Of a stretch of DNA of 64,000 nucleotides, positions 53,922 to 63,486 are shown one piece after another. This DNA is from an uncultured Chloroflexia bacterium. GTDB taxonomy: Bacteria > Chloroflexota > Limnocylindria > Limnocylindrales > CSP1-4. The notes under the pieces were generated by a model. It was not told the DNA's origin. It ran no database searches and saw only the letters and a program-made list of their open reading frames with translations. The position numbers were made by a program, and so were the translations under genes. Numbering within the stretch: position 1 is the first letter of the stretch; every line of letters starts with the position of its first letter. The DNA lies in the NCBI GenBank assembly GCA_963819655.1, contig CAWFXA010000003.1, positions 736,001 to 800,000 of the forward strand. Direction: 5' to 3'.

Positions 53922-54689
53922 GTGTCCCAGCTTCTTCGTCGATCCTTCGCGTCGTTGTGTCGCGATACGAGGATCGGCCTGGATGTCACCCAAGAGCAGC
54001 TCGCCGACGCGGCTGGCGTGACACGTGGGTACATCGCGATGGTCGAGGGTGGTCGGGCCAACCCGTCGCTTGCGGTCGTCGAGCGAATCGGTGGCGCGCT
54101 CGGCCTCGAGCTCCGACTCGTCGGCCAGGCCCCGATCATCATGGGCCGTGAGCGGCAGCGCGACCTTGTGCATGCCCGTTGTTCCGGTTACGCCGAGCGT
54201 CGATTGCGGAAAGCGTCACTCGCGGTGGCCCGCGAAGTCGAGCTGGTCGATGGCCGCAGGCACGGCTGGGTCGACCTACTCGCGTTCGATGCGCGGAACG
54301 GGACGCTTATCGTCGTCGAGATCAAGACCCGCCTCGACGACCTCGGCATGATCGAGCGGCAGCTCGGTTGGTACGAGCGGCACGCCTTCCATGTCGCACG
54401 GGAGCTGGGATGGGAGCCACGACGACTGACCGCGTGGCTGGTCCTCCTGGCAAGCGACGAAGTCGATGCCGCGATCCGGGACAATCGGGAAGCGCTCCGC
54501 ATGGCGTTTCCGATGCGCGCGCCGGAGATGCTCGCATCGATCGACGACACTCCGCCTCGGGCCGGACGAGGACTGGCCTTGATCGACCCGACAAGTCGTC
54601 GTCAGATCCGAGCTCGCGTTGACGGCCGCCGCGGCGCCGCTCCGTTCCGCGACTACGCCGATGCCGCCGCCCGGCTCACGTCCCGATGA
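53922..54689 (+). CDS. XRE-family HTH fused to a PD-(D/E)XK nuclease-like domain
   Basis: TQEQLADAAGVTRGYIAMVEGGRANPSL HTH; REVE...WVDLL...VVEIKT (E..D..ExK). Confidence 0.85.
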   Translation: MSQLLRRSFASLCRDTRIGLDVTQEQLADAAGVTRGYIAMVEGGRANPSLAVVERIGGALGLELRLVGQAPIIMGRERQRDLVHARCSGYAERRLRKASLAVAREVELVDGRRHGWVDLLAFDARNGTLIVVEIKTRLDDLGMIERQLGWYERHAFHVARELGWEPRRLTAWLVLLASDEVDAAIRDNREALRMAFPMRAPEMLASIDDTPPRAGRGLALIDPTSRRQIRARVDGRRGAAPFRDYADAAARLTSR

Positions 54690-55281
54690 GCGCCTCGTCG
54701 AGCAGCCGGTCCACCTCGGCGCGGGTCGTCGCCGCGTCACCGCTCGTGTCGACGAAGCGGGTCGCGCGTCCGCGCAGGCGCTCGACGAGGTCGCCCTGCG
54801 CATCGATCCTGGCGGTCGCGTCGTCGCTCCGATCTCCGCGACCGATGAGCCGCTCGAGCTGGACGGCCGGTTCGCAGGCGACCAGCCAGACCTCGTCGCA
54901 CAGCTCCGCGAGCCCGCCCTCGACGAGCTTGATAGCCTCGATCACGACCGCCCGGGCGCCGCCATCCTGCGCGCGCTCGATCGCGGCGAGGATCCTGGGT
55001 CGGACTGCCGGATGGACGATCGCCTCGAGGTCCCTGAGCGCATCCGGGTCGGTGAACACGATCCGCCCGAGGGCCGCCCGATCGAGCTCGCCGTCCGGCC
55101 GCCGCCGCAGCGTCGCGCCGAAGCGCGCGTAGACGGCCTCGACCTCGGCGGTGCCCGGGGCGAGGACCAAGCGGGCCTCGTGATCGGCGTCGACGATGCG
55201 CACCCCGGCCCGCTCGCCCAGCCAGCGGGCGACGGTCGACTTCCCGCAACCGATCGGGCCGGTAACGCCGATCTTCAGCAT
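54676..55281 (-). CDS. coaE: Dephospho-CoA kinase
   Basis: IGVTGPIGCGKSTV, DAD, LDRAALGRIVF, LEAIVHP. Confidence 0.96.
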   Translation of the reverse strand: MLKIGVTGPIGCGKSTVARWLGERAGVRIVDADHEARLVLAPGTAEVEAVYARFGATLRRRPDGELDRAALGRIVFTDPDALRDLEAIVHPAVRPRILAAIERAQDGGARAVVIEAIKLVEGGLAELCDEVWLVACEPAVQLERLIGRGDRSDDATARIDAQGDLVERLRGRATRFVDTSGDAATTRAEVDRLLDEALIGT

Positions 55282-57323
55282 CAGGGCGCTCGATCCTCGA
55301 GCTCGAGCCACGCGTCCTCGGCGACCGCCAGCGCCCGTGCGACGTCGGCGAGCTCGCTGGTGACCCGCCGCAGCTCGACGAAGTTGGCGGCGACGGACGG
55401 GTCACCCATCGCGAGCTCGAGGTGGTTCTTGCGCAACCCGAGGCGCGTCAGCTCGGCGTCGAGTGCCGTCTTCTGGCGCCTGTACGCGTCCTTGGACAGC
55501 TTCGCGAGGCGGGTACGGGTTCGTGCCGCGGTCGGCGTCGCGATCGCGGACGACGGGCTCGCCGGCCGCGCTGGACGTGGGGCGCGCACCGCCCGCTCCG
55601 GGCCCGGCCGCGCCGCGGGCGCGGGCCGACGCATCTGCGCCACGCGCGCAGCGGCCGCGTCCCTCGTGGTCCAGCCATCGGCCACCGCCGCTCGCCACGC
55701 CCGGTAGCCACCGTCGAAGCCGACCGCTTGTCCGTCGTCGACCACCCACAGCCGGTCGCACACCGTCTCGAGCAAGCGACGGTCGTGCGACACGACGAGC
55801 AGCGTGGCCGGCGATTCGCGCATGAAGCTCTCGATCGCCTCGCGAGCCGGGATGTCGAGGTGGTTCGTCGGCTCGTCGAGCAGCAACAGGTTCGAGGGCT
55901 GGATCCCGAGCAGGGCGAGCTCGAGTCGCGAGCGCTCGCCACCGGACAGCGCGCGGACCTCCTTGAACACGTCGTCGCCACGGAACAGGAAGCGCGCCAG
56001 GTATGAGCGCCCCTCGCCGGGCGTGACGGGGATCGTGCCGAGGAGCGCGTCGAGGACGGTCGCCCCCGCGATCGCAGCTCCCCGGAGCTGAGCGAGGTAC
56101 CCGATCTGGACTGCGTTGCCGAAGCTGAGCGTCCCGTCGAGCGGTGGCAGCTCCCCGGCGATCGTGCGCAGCAACGTGGTCTTGCCGGCGCCGTTCGGAC
56201 CGACGATGCCGACGCGGTCGCCGCGTTGGGCCGCCAGGAACGGCGCCGTCGCGACGACACGCGGCTCCGTCGCCGGCGCACCGTCCGCCCGGACCGCCCC
56301 GCGACCAGGCAGATAGCCGACGGCCAGATCCTCGAGACGGACGACGATCTCCCCTGACCGTGCGGGGCCGTCACCCACGAGCGACGCCTGTGGCAATGCG
56401 AGCTTGCGAGTCGACCGTGGCGCCTCGCGTCGTTCGGCCAGGAGCCGCTCGAGCCGCGCCTCGTGCTCGTGCATCTTGCTGAACTTGCGGTGGCTCCGGT
56501 AATTCTGGACGAGCTCGCGTTCTCGTTCGATCTGCTGGGCCTGCGTGCCGGCGTCCTTGGTCGCGCGGGCGTCGCGCTCCTCGCGCTGGCGTCGATACGC
56601 GCTGTAGTCGCCGCGAAACGCCGTCAGGCGTCGATCGCGCAGCTCCCACACCCGCGTGACCGTCGCGTCGAGGAACGCCCGGTCGTGCGACGCGACGAGC
56701 AGCGAGCCCGTCCGCCGGCGAAGGTGCTCCTCCAGCCATTCGAGGGCGTCGAGATCGAGGTGGTTCGTGGGCTCGTCGAGGAGCAACAGGTCAGGGTCGG
56801 CGATGACCAGGCGCGCGAGGGCCGCACGCGTCTGCTCGCCGCCGGACAGCGTGTTCGGCGGCCTGGACCACTCGTCGACGGCGAAGCCGAGGCCGCTCAG
56901 CGCCGTGTCGACACGCTGGTCGAGCGTGTACCCGCCGAGCACGTCGAACTGATGCTGCAGGTCGGCGTAGGCGGGCTCGGTCACGCGCCCGGTCCGCTCG
57001 AGCTCCGCGAGCTCGGCAGCCATCGTCTCGAGGTGGGCCGCACCGGCACGGACGGCCGTCCGCAGGTCGGGCGCCGCCATGAAGACGGCATCGAGATGCG
57101 CCTCCTGCGCGAGCATCCCGAACGACAGCCCGCGTTTCCGCGAGACCGTGCCGCGGTCGGGCTCGTCAGGCCCGACGGCCAAGCGCATGAGCGTCGTCTT
57201 GCCGGCGCCGTTCGGCCCGACCAGGCCGATCCGATCGCCGAGCGCGATCGCCGCATCGACCGCGTCGAGGATCGTGAGCGTCCCGATCTCGCGTGTGACG
57301 CCTACGAGCCGCAGGATCGACAT
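55281..57323 (-). CDS. ABC-F family ATPase
   Basis: Two ABC domains (GPNGAGKTTL, LSGGE, LLLDEPTNHLD), no TM, C-terminal coiled coil. Confidence 0.95.
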   Translation of the reverse strand: MSILRLVGVTREIGTLTILDAVDAAIALGDRIGLVGPNGAGKTTLMRLAVGPDEPDRGTVSRKRGLSFGMLAQEAHLDAVFMAAPDLRTAVRAGAAHLETMAAELAELERTGRVTEPAYADLQHQFDVLGGYTLDQRVDTALSGLGFAVDEWSRPPNTLSGGEQTRAALARLVIADPDLLLLDEPTNHLDLDALEWLEEHLRRRTGSLLVASHDRAFLDATVTRVWELRDRRLTAFRGDYSAYRRQREERDARATKDAGTQAQQIERERELVQNYRSHRKFSKMHEHEARLERLLAERREAPRSTRKLALPQASLVGDGPARSGEIVVRLEDLAVGYLPGRGAVRADGAPATEPRVVATAPFLAAQRGDRVGIVGPNGAGKTTLLRTIAGELPPLDGTLSFGNAVQIGYLAQLRGAAIAGATVLDALLGTIPVTPGEGRSYLARFLFRGDDVFKEVRALSGGERSRLELALLGIQPSNLLLLDEPTNHLDIPAREAIESFMRESPATLLVVSHDRRLLETVCDRLWVVDDGQAVGFDGGYRAWRAAVADGWTTRDAAAARVAQMRRPAPAARPGPERAVRAPRPARPASPSSAIATPTAARTRTRLAKLSKDAYRRQKTALDAELTRLGLRKNHLELAMGDPSVAANFVELRRVTSELADVARALAVAEDAWLELEDRAP

Positions 57324-58423
57324 CAGACCGGACCCTCGCCCATCGACGCGCGCGCCTTGGCGCGCCGGCTCGCGGCCGCGCGCTTCGTGCGTTCGGTCTT
57401 CGCGCGGACCGCGTCGCGGGTCGCGGCATCCCGGGCGGCAGCGTCCGTGGCCTCCCCCGCCGTCAGGCCGGTGCTGCCTTCGCCTGCAGCCAACGCAGTC
57501 CAGCGACGGCCATGCCGGACCTGCCCGCCTGCCATCCCGCGCAGGATCCCGGCGGAGCCTTTGCGATCGGCCGCCGGCAGTCTCTGGCACCACGAGCAGA
57601 AGTGCGTCGAGCGCGCCCCGATGACGATGCGCTTGATCGGTCGGCCGCACCGCGCACACGGCTCATCGGTGCGCTGGTAGACGTCGAGCGTCTCCTGCAT
57701 CGATCCGTCACCGTCGGGCGCCGTGTAGTCGTCGATCGACGAGCCGCGGCGCTCGACAGCCTCCCCCAGAACGGCCCGGATCGCCTCGTAAAGCCGTCGT
57801 TCGTCCGGTGGCCGCAGCGATGAAGCCGAGCGCAGCGGGTGCAGCCGGGCGCGCCACAGCGCCTCGTCGGCGTAGATGTTGCCGACCCCGGCGAGGAACG
57901 ACTGGTCGGTCATGAGCGGTTTGAGGCGGCCCTTCCGGCGCCGCACCAGCTTGCGGAAATCCCGCAGCGTGAAGTCGTCGTCGAGGGGCTCCGGTCCGAC
58001 CCCGGCGAACACGGCCGCGCCACCCACCTCCTCGACGAGATCGCCACTGACGGGGTCGCGTCCATAGAGGCCGATCTTCCCGAACTTGCGGATGTCGCGG
58101 AACCGCAGCTCCCGGCCACCGGTCAGCTCCAGGACGAGCCGCACGTAGGGGTCCTCCGGGACATCGGCGGGCACCACGAAGAGCTGCCCGGTCATCTTGA
58201 GGTGGATCGTCAGAGCGGCGTCGCCCGACAGCTCGACCACGAGCTGCTTGCCACGCCGGCCCACGGCCAGGACCGAGCGACCGGCGACGCCATCGGCGAA
58301 CGCAACGGGATCCTGGGATCGCAACGTGCGGATCCAGTTCGTGCGCGCGCCGAAGATCGTCGCGCCAACCAGCCGCGGACGCAGGTCGCGCGCGACCGTC
58401 TCGACTTCAGGGAGCTCAGGCAC
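57323..58423 (-). CDS. mutM: Formamidopyrimidine-DNA glycosylase with C-terminal extension
   Basis: PELPEVE, HLKMTG, GVGNIYADE, CxxC...CxxC zinc finger. Confidence 0.97.
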   Translation of the reverse strand: MPELPEVETVARDLRPRLVGATIFGARTNWIRTLRSQDPVAFADGVAGRSVLAVGRRGKQLVVELSGDAALTIHLKMTGQLFVVPADVPEDPYVRLVLELTGGRELRFRDIRKFGKIGLYGRDPVSGDLVEEVGGAAVFAGVGPEPLDDDFTLRDFRKLVRRRKGRLKPLMTDQSFLAGVGNIYADEALWRARLHPLRSASSLRPPDERRLYEAIRAVLGEAVERRGSSIDDYTAPDGDGSMQETLDVYQRTDEPCARCGRPIKRIVIGARSTHFCSWCQRLPAADRKGSAGILRGMAGGQVRHGRRWTALAAGEGSTGLTAGEATDAAARDAATRDAVRAKTERTKRAAASRRAKARASMGEGPV

Positions 58424-58432
58424 CGGACGGAC

Positions 58433-61360
58433 CTAACCGGCGACAGGCGCGATGGGCGCCTCGAGCGGCAGTTCATCGGCCTCGGCGGCGATGGCGTCCG
58501 CGCGCGTGAGCGGCGTCATCGATTCCCAGTCATCGCCGACCTTGACATCGACGATCAGCGGCACCGACAGCGGGAGCGCACTTTCCATCGTCTCGCGCAC
58601 GAGAGCGGCGAGCGGCTCGACCTCATCGCGCGGCGTCTCGAGCAACAGCTCGTCGTGCACCGACAGCAGCAACCGGGCGCGGAGGCCCGCCTCGCGCACC
58701 CGGGCGTCCGCCCGGATCATCGCGATCTTCTGGATGTCGGCCGCGGTGCCCTGGATCGGCATATTGATCGCCATCCGCTCCCCTGCCCCGCGCAGCGCCG
58801 GGTTGGATGCCTTGAGCTCCGGGATCTGCCGCTTCCGACCGAGCAGTGTCTCGACGAAGCCCTGATCCCGCGCCTGGTCCTTGATGGCCATCATGTAGTA
58901 GCTGATCCCGGAATACGCCGTGAAGTAGCTGTTGATGAACGACTGCGCCTCCTGGCGCGAGATGTTGGCGCGCGACGCGAGGCCGAAGTCGCTCATGCCG
59001 TAGGCCAGCCCGAAGTTGACCATCTTCGCCATCGAGCGCTCGCCGTGCGTGATGTCCTCCGGCGCCTTGCCGAGGACGCGCGCCGCGGTCTCGCGATGGA
59101 TGTCGGCGCCGCGGGCGAACGCATCCTTGAGGTGCTCGTCCCCGGACACGTGGGCGAGGATGCGTAGCTCGATCTGGGAGTAGTCGGCGGCGAGCAGGAC
59201 GAGGTCGGGCTGCCCGGCCACGAACGCGCGGCGGATCTTGCGACCGAGCTCGGTCCGGATCGGGATGTTCTGGAGGTTCGGGTCGGAAGACGACAGGCGC
59301 CCGGTCGCGGCCACGGCCTGATGGAACGTCGTGTGCAGCCGACCGTCGGCCGCGATGAGCGACGGGAGCGCCTCGACGTACGTCGAGCGCAACTTCGTGT
59401 ACACGCGCCACTCGAGCAGCTTGTCGATCATGGGGTGCGCCGGGCGTAGCTCCTCGAGCACGGACGCGTCAGTCGAGAAACCGGTCTTCGTTCGCTTCCC
59501 CTTCGGGAGGTTTAGCTCGAAGAACAGCACCTGCTCGAGCTGCTTCGGGCTGCCGAGGTTGAACTCGTGGCCGACGTCTCTGTAGATGCCCTGCTCGAGC
59601 CGCGAGATCTCCGCCCCGAACTCGCGATCGAGGACGGCCAGCGCCTCGAGATCGAGCGCGACACCCACGGCCTCCATCCGGGCCAGCACCGGGATCAACG
59701 GGAGCTCGACTTCGCGGAACAGCCGCCCGAGCCCCTCGATGTCGTCGAGTCGAAGCTGCAACGGCTCCCGGACGGCCATCGCCGACAGCGCCTCGATGCC
59801 CGCCCGCGCAGTCGGGGGCAGCTCCGTGGCGGGTGGCAGGATCTGGTCCAGGTGCTCCGCGACGATGTCCGCGATCGTCTGGCTGCGCAGAGCGGCGTTC
59901 AGGATGTAGGCAGCGATCTGGGTATCGAACGCGACCGGGAGCGGCTCAGCGGCGGGATCCTCGGCCAGGGCCGCCACGAGGACCGGCTTGACCTCGTGGC
60001 CGACCAGAGGGATGCGCAGCCGCTGAAGGAGACGCCGCAGCGCATCGGATGCCGCCTGGCCCTCTGCCGCGACGGTGCGACCGTCGGTCCCGACGACGGC
60101 CAGCGCAAGGGGCACCCCGCGCCGTGGCCGCGGATCGTCGAGCAGGATCGACACTCCGGCGGTCGGTTGCGCTGCCAGCCACGACTCGAGGCCGGCGACC
60201 CCGTCCTCGCCGACCACCTCGATCCTGCCCGGATCGACGATCGCTGCGGCAAGCGCGGCAGGCAGATCATCGGTGGGCTCGAACGGCCGTTGCGCGCCGG
60301 TCGGACCAGTGCCGTCACCCTGGGGGGTGACCGCATCGAAGTCGAGCCGGAGCTGGAGCTCACCGCTCCCCTGGCGACTCGTGGCACGGCCCGCGCCCCA
60401 CCCTTCCGGCCGACCGGCCACCCTGGCCGCCGGCACATAGCCGCTCTGGGCGACGGACCGCAGCGTCTCTGTACGTTGCTCGGCGGTCTCGCCGGCCATC
60501 GGCGGCAAGCGCTCGATGAGCGTCCGGAACTCGTACTCGCGGAACAGACGCACCACGGTGTCGCGGTCGTAGTCTCCGAGGCGAGCCGCCTGGAGGTCGA
60601 TGGAGATCGGCAGGTCCCGGACGATCGTCGAAAGCTCGCGACCCATGTAGATCTGCTCGCGATGGTCGCGCAGCTTGTCGCGCAGCTTCTCGGGCGTGAC
60701 GTCGTCGAGCCGAGCGAACAGCGAGTCGAGGTCGCCGAATTCGCGGATCAGCTTGGCGGCCGTCTTCTCGCCGACACCGGGAACGCCCGGGATGTTGTCC
60801 GTCGGGTCGCCCTTGAGGGCCTTGTAATCGATCATCTGGTCGGGCCGCAGCCCGAAGCGCTCATCGATCCGGTCGACGTCGTAGATGACAGTGTTCTCGA
60901 CGCCCGAGCGCGTGGTCATCAGCCGCACACGCGGCGTCACGAGCTGGAGCATGTCGAGATCGACCGTGACGATCGTCGTCTCCAGGTCGTCTTGCGAGTC
61001 GAGCTGCTGCGTGATCGTGCCGATGACATCGTCGGCCTCGTAGCCCGGCATCTCGTAGACCGGGATGCGCAGCGCCTTGACGACCTCGCGGACCTTCGGG
61101 AACTGGTCCCGCAGGTCGTCCGGCATCTTCACCCGCGTCGCCTTGTAGTCGGCGTACTGCTCGTGCCGGAATGTCGGGCCGGGCAGGTCGAACGACACCG
61201 CGAGGTAATCGGGCTGGAGATCGACGATGCCGCGCAGGACGATGCTGGCGAACCCGAACACGCCGTTGACGAGCTCGCCCTTCGAGGTGGTGAGCGGCGG
61301 CAAAGCGAAGTATCCGCGGTAGACCAGCCCGTAGCCGTCGAGCAGCATCAGGCGTTCCAT
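58433..61360 (-). CDS. polA: DNA polymerase I
   Basis: 5'-3' exonuclease (YEADDVIG, GDPTDNIPGV) and polymerase motifs (DYSQIELR, KMVNFG..YG, VHDEL). Confidence 0.99.
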   Translation of the reverse strand: MERLMLLDGYGLVYRGYFALPPLTTSKGELVNGVFGFASIVLRGIVDLQPDYLAVSFDLPGPTFRHEQYADYKATRVKMPDDLRDQFPKVREVVKALRIPVYEMPGYEADDVIGTITQQLDSQDDLETTIVTVDLDMLQLVTPRVRLMTTRSGVENTVIYDVDRIDERFGLRPDQMIDYKALKGDPTDNIPGVPGVGEKTAAKLIREFGDLDSLFARLDDVTPEKLRDKLRDHREQIYMGRELSTIVRDLPISIDLQAARLGDYDRDTVVRLFREYEFRTLIERLPPMAGETAEQRTETLRSVAQSGYVPAARVAGRPEGWGAGRATSRQGSGELQLRLDFDAVTPQGDGTGPTGAQRPFEPTDDLPAALAAAIVDPGRIEVVGEDGVAGLESWLAAQPTAGVSILLDDPRPRRGVPLALAVVGTDGRTVAAEGQAASDALRRLLQRLRIPLVGHEVKPVLVAALAEDPAAEPLPVAFDTQIAAYILNAALRSQTIADIVAEHLDQILPPATELPPTARAGIEALSAMAVREPLQLRLDDIEGLGRLFREVELPLIPVLARMEAVGVALDLEALAVLDREFGAEISRLEQGIYRDVGHEFNLGSPKQLEQVLFFELNLPKGKRTKTGFSTDASVLEELRPAHPMIDKLLEWRVYTKLRSTYVEALPSLIAADGRLHTTFHQAVAATGRLSSSDPNLQNIPIRTELGRKIRRAFVAGQPDLVLLAADYSQIELRILAHVSGDEHLKDAFARGADIHRETAARVLGKAPEDITHGERSMAKMVNFGLAYGMSDFGLASRANISRQEAQSFINSYFTAYSGISYYMMAIKDQARDQGFVETLLGRKRQIPELKASNPALRGAGERMAINMPIQGTAADIQKIAMIRADARVREAGLRARLLLSVHDELLLETPRDEVEPLAALVRETMESALPLSVPLIVDVKVGDDWESMTPLTRADAIAAEADELPLEAPIAPVAG

Positions 61361-61423
61361 CGGGTCGCAAGTGTACCCGTCAGGCTGCCTCGACCGACTG
61401 CGGCCGGCGCCTGGATGTCGGCG

Positions 61424-62134
61424 TCAGAGGAGCCTTCGGGCGCTCCACCTGAGGGCGAACAGGCCCAGGCCGGCGATCAACAGCGTGCCGGCCAGCACGA
61501 ACACCGCCGACAGGCCCGACGCATCGTCGCGGAGCGCGAGCAAGCCCCCGTCGCCGGCGATGTCGCGGCCACCCGCGGAGCCCAGCTCATCCGGGTTCCC
61601 GCCCGCGAAGACGCCCTCGTCGGTCAGGGTCGCTCCCGGGTCCGCGCTCACCGAGAGTCGGCTCGACTCGGCGACCTCCGCGGGCGCCGGTGCCGCCTGC
61701 TGGATGGGTGCACCGACGGTCGACAGGATGGATGCCCCGCCACCGGCAGACATCGACGGAAGGGCGGCCACGAGAAGTCCCGCGATCCCGAGCGTCGTGA
61801 ACCCGATGGCGAGCGGACGACTGATGTTGTCCCGGGCCGATCCGAAGAAGCCCAGGAACCGCCGCCAGCCGCCGTTGCGCAGCCGCGCCGCGTCCGCCGA
61901 TGTCAATGAGAAGTCACGCGGACGTGCCGGGGTCGACGTCGTCGGGAGAGCGGTCTGCAACGCCACGAGGTCCGCGAGGAGGTCCGTGCAGTCGCCGCAT
62001 GCGGCCAGCTGCTCTCGCGCTGCGCCCGACTGCCCCTCGGACAGATCCGGTGCGCGCGCGGCCAGCGCCGCGATGATCGTGAGGTCGTGCGCGGCGTGCG
62101 CGGATGCGGATGTGGGCTGAAGCGGCTCGGTCAT
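61424..62134 (-). CDS. Putative anti-sigma factor (paralog 2)
   Basis: HAAHD...CGDC...RPRDFSL...RPLA plus two TMs; downstream of an ECF sigma. Confidence 0.75.
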   Translation of the reverse strand: MTEPLQPTSASAHAAHDLTIIAALAARAPDLSEGQSGAAREQLAACGDCTDLLADLVALQTALPTTSTPARPRDFSLTSADAARLRNGGWRRFLGFFGSARDNISRPLAIGFTTLGIAGLLVAALPSMSAGGGASILSTVGAPIQQAAPAPAEVAESSRLSVSADPGATLTDEGVFAGGNPDELGSAGGRDIAGDGGLLALRDDASGLSAVFVLAGTLLIAGLGLFALRWSARRLL

Positions 62135-62196
62135 GTCATCCGTCTAGACGGCTTCGTTCTGCGCGCGGTTCCCCGTGCGCTGCGTATGGATCGCCA

Positions 62197-62748
62197 TCAT
62201 CGCACCCCGCCGACGCGCGGGGCGACGCGGCGCAGGAGGAACATGGCGCCGCCCGCGGTGAGAAGCGCCGCCGAGAGGCCCGCGAGCGGGTCGTCATCGG
62301 TCGGTGAGGCCAGGCGTTGCTCGGCCCCCATCGTGGCCATGGGCCCTCCGGCGACGTCCACCTCGGGCGTCACGGATGCGGCTTGGCCACCGGTCGCCCC
62401 ATCGAGCGTTGCGGCCGGGATCGCCGTCAGGAGCAGTCCGGACAGACCGATGCCGGTCAGGCTCAGCGCGAGCGGTCGCGTGAACGCGTCGCGCGACGTC
62501 CCGATCGCGTCCATGACCCGGCGCCAACGGGCGGGTCGGAGTCGGACGGAATCGTCCAGACCGAGTACGAAGTCCCGCGGGCGACCGGGGACCCACGCAT
62601 GACGGATGGCCGCCTGGATGGCGAGAAGGTCGGCGTGCAGGGCGCCGCACGACGGACAGCTGGCGATCGTCGTCGGGATCGTGCCGACGCCGACCGCGTC
62701 GGCGATGGCGAACCGATCGTGCCGCGCGTGCGATGCGCGATCAGCCAC
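62197..62748 (-). CDS. Putative anti-sigma factor (paralog 1)
   Basis: HARHD...CPSC...RPRDFVL...RPLA plus two TMs; overlaps the sigma stop. Confidence 0.75.
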   Translation of the reverse strand: MADRASHARHDRFAIADAVGVGTIPTTIASCPSCGALHADLLAIQAAIRHAWVPGRPRDFVLGLDDSVRLRPARWRRVMDAIGTSRDAFTRPLALSLTGIGLSGLLLTAIPAATLDGATGGQAASVTPEVDVAGGPMATMGAEQRLASPTDDDPLAGLSAALLTAGGAMFLLRRVAPRVGGVR

Positions 62749-63349
62749 GGAACAGCTCCATCCGATCGGACAGCAGGTCGCGGAGCGACAGCCGGCCCCG
62801 ATGGATGCGCGACTTCACCGTCCCGAGCGAGACGCCGGTCATCTCGGCGATCTCGCCGTAGTCATACCCCTCGACGTCGTACAGGACGATCGCGGTCCGC
62901 TGGTCGTCGGTGATGCGTGCCAGGGCCGCGGCGATCGCGCGGCTCCGCTCGGCGTGGACGGCGATCCGCTCGGGATCGACGTCAGGGCCGGCCTTCGGCT
63001 GCCAGCTCTCGTCCTCGAGCTCGGGATAGGGCTGCACCGGTCGACGCTTCTTCGCGCGCTGCGTGTCCATCGCGGCGTTGACACAGATCCGGTTCAGCCA
63101 CGACTTCACGCTTCCGCCACGGAACGAGGCAAGGTTCCGATAGGCCGAGAAGAAGGCCTCCTGGACGGCGTCGGCGGCCTGGTCGCGATCGGGCACCATG
63201 CGAACGACCAGGGCGAACAACGAATCCTGGTACAGGATGACGAGGTCGTTGAACGCGTCGAGGTCCCCTGACCGGGCACGCTCGATGAGGATGAGATCGC
63301 GGCGCTGGACGGGGTCGTCGGGGACCGTCGTCGAGCGAAGGTCCTCCAC
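62741..63349 (-). CDS. ECF RNA polymerase sigma-70 factor
   Basis: GDLDAFNDLV, AADAVQEAF, YDYGEIAEMTGVSLGTVKSRIHRGR; start uncertain (GTG 63349). Confidence 0.93.
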   Translation of the reverse strand: MEDLRSTTVPDDPVQRRDLILIERARSGDLDAFNDLVILYQDSLFALVVRMVPDRDQAADAVQEAFFSAYRNLASFRGGSVKSWLNRICVNAAMDTQRAKKRRPVQPYPELEDESWQPKAGPDVDPERIAVHAERSRAIAAALARITDDQRTAIVLYDVEGYDYGEIAEMTGVSLGTVKSRIHRGRLSLRDLLSDRMELFRG

Positions 63350-63486
63350 GGTCGGGGGGTCCCTCCGGACGGCGATGCTGGCTGACGTGAGGCGGGGGGA
63401 GTCTAGCATCGGTCGCCAGACGCGGGCCCAGAGCGCGCGGTTCCGGCCGCTTGGTGGGGAACGACCAAGACCGTGATCCCAGGGTC

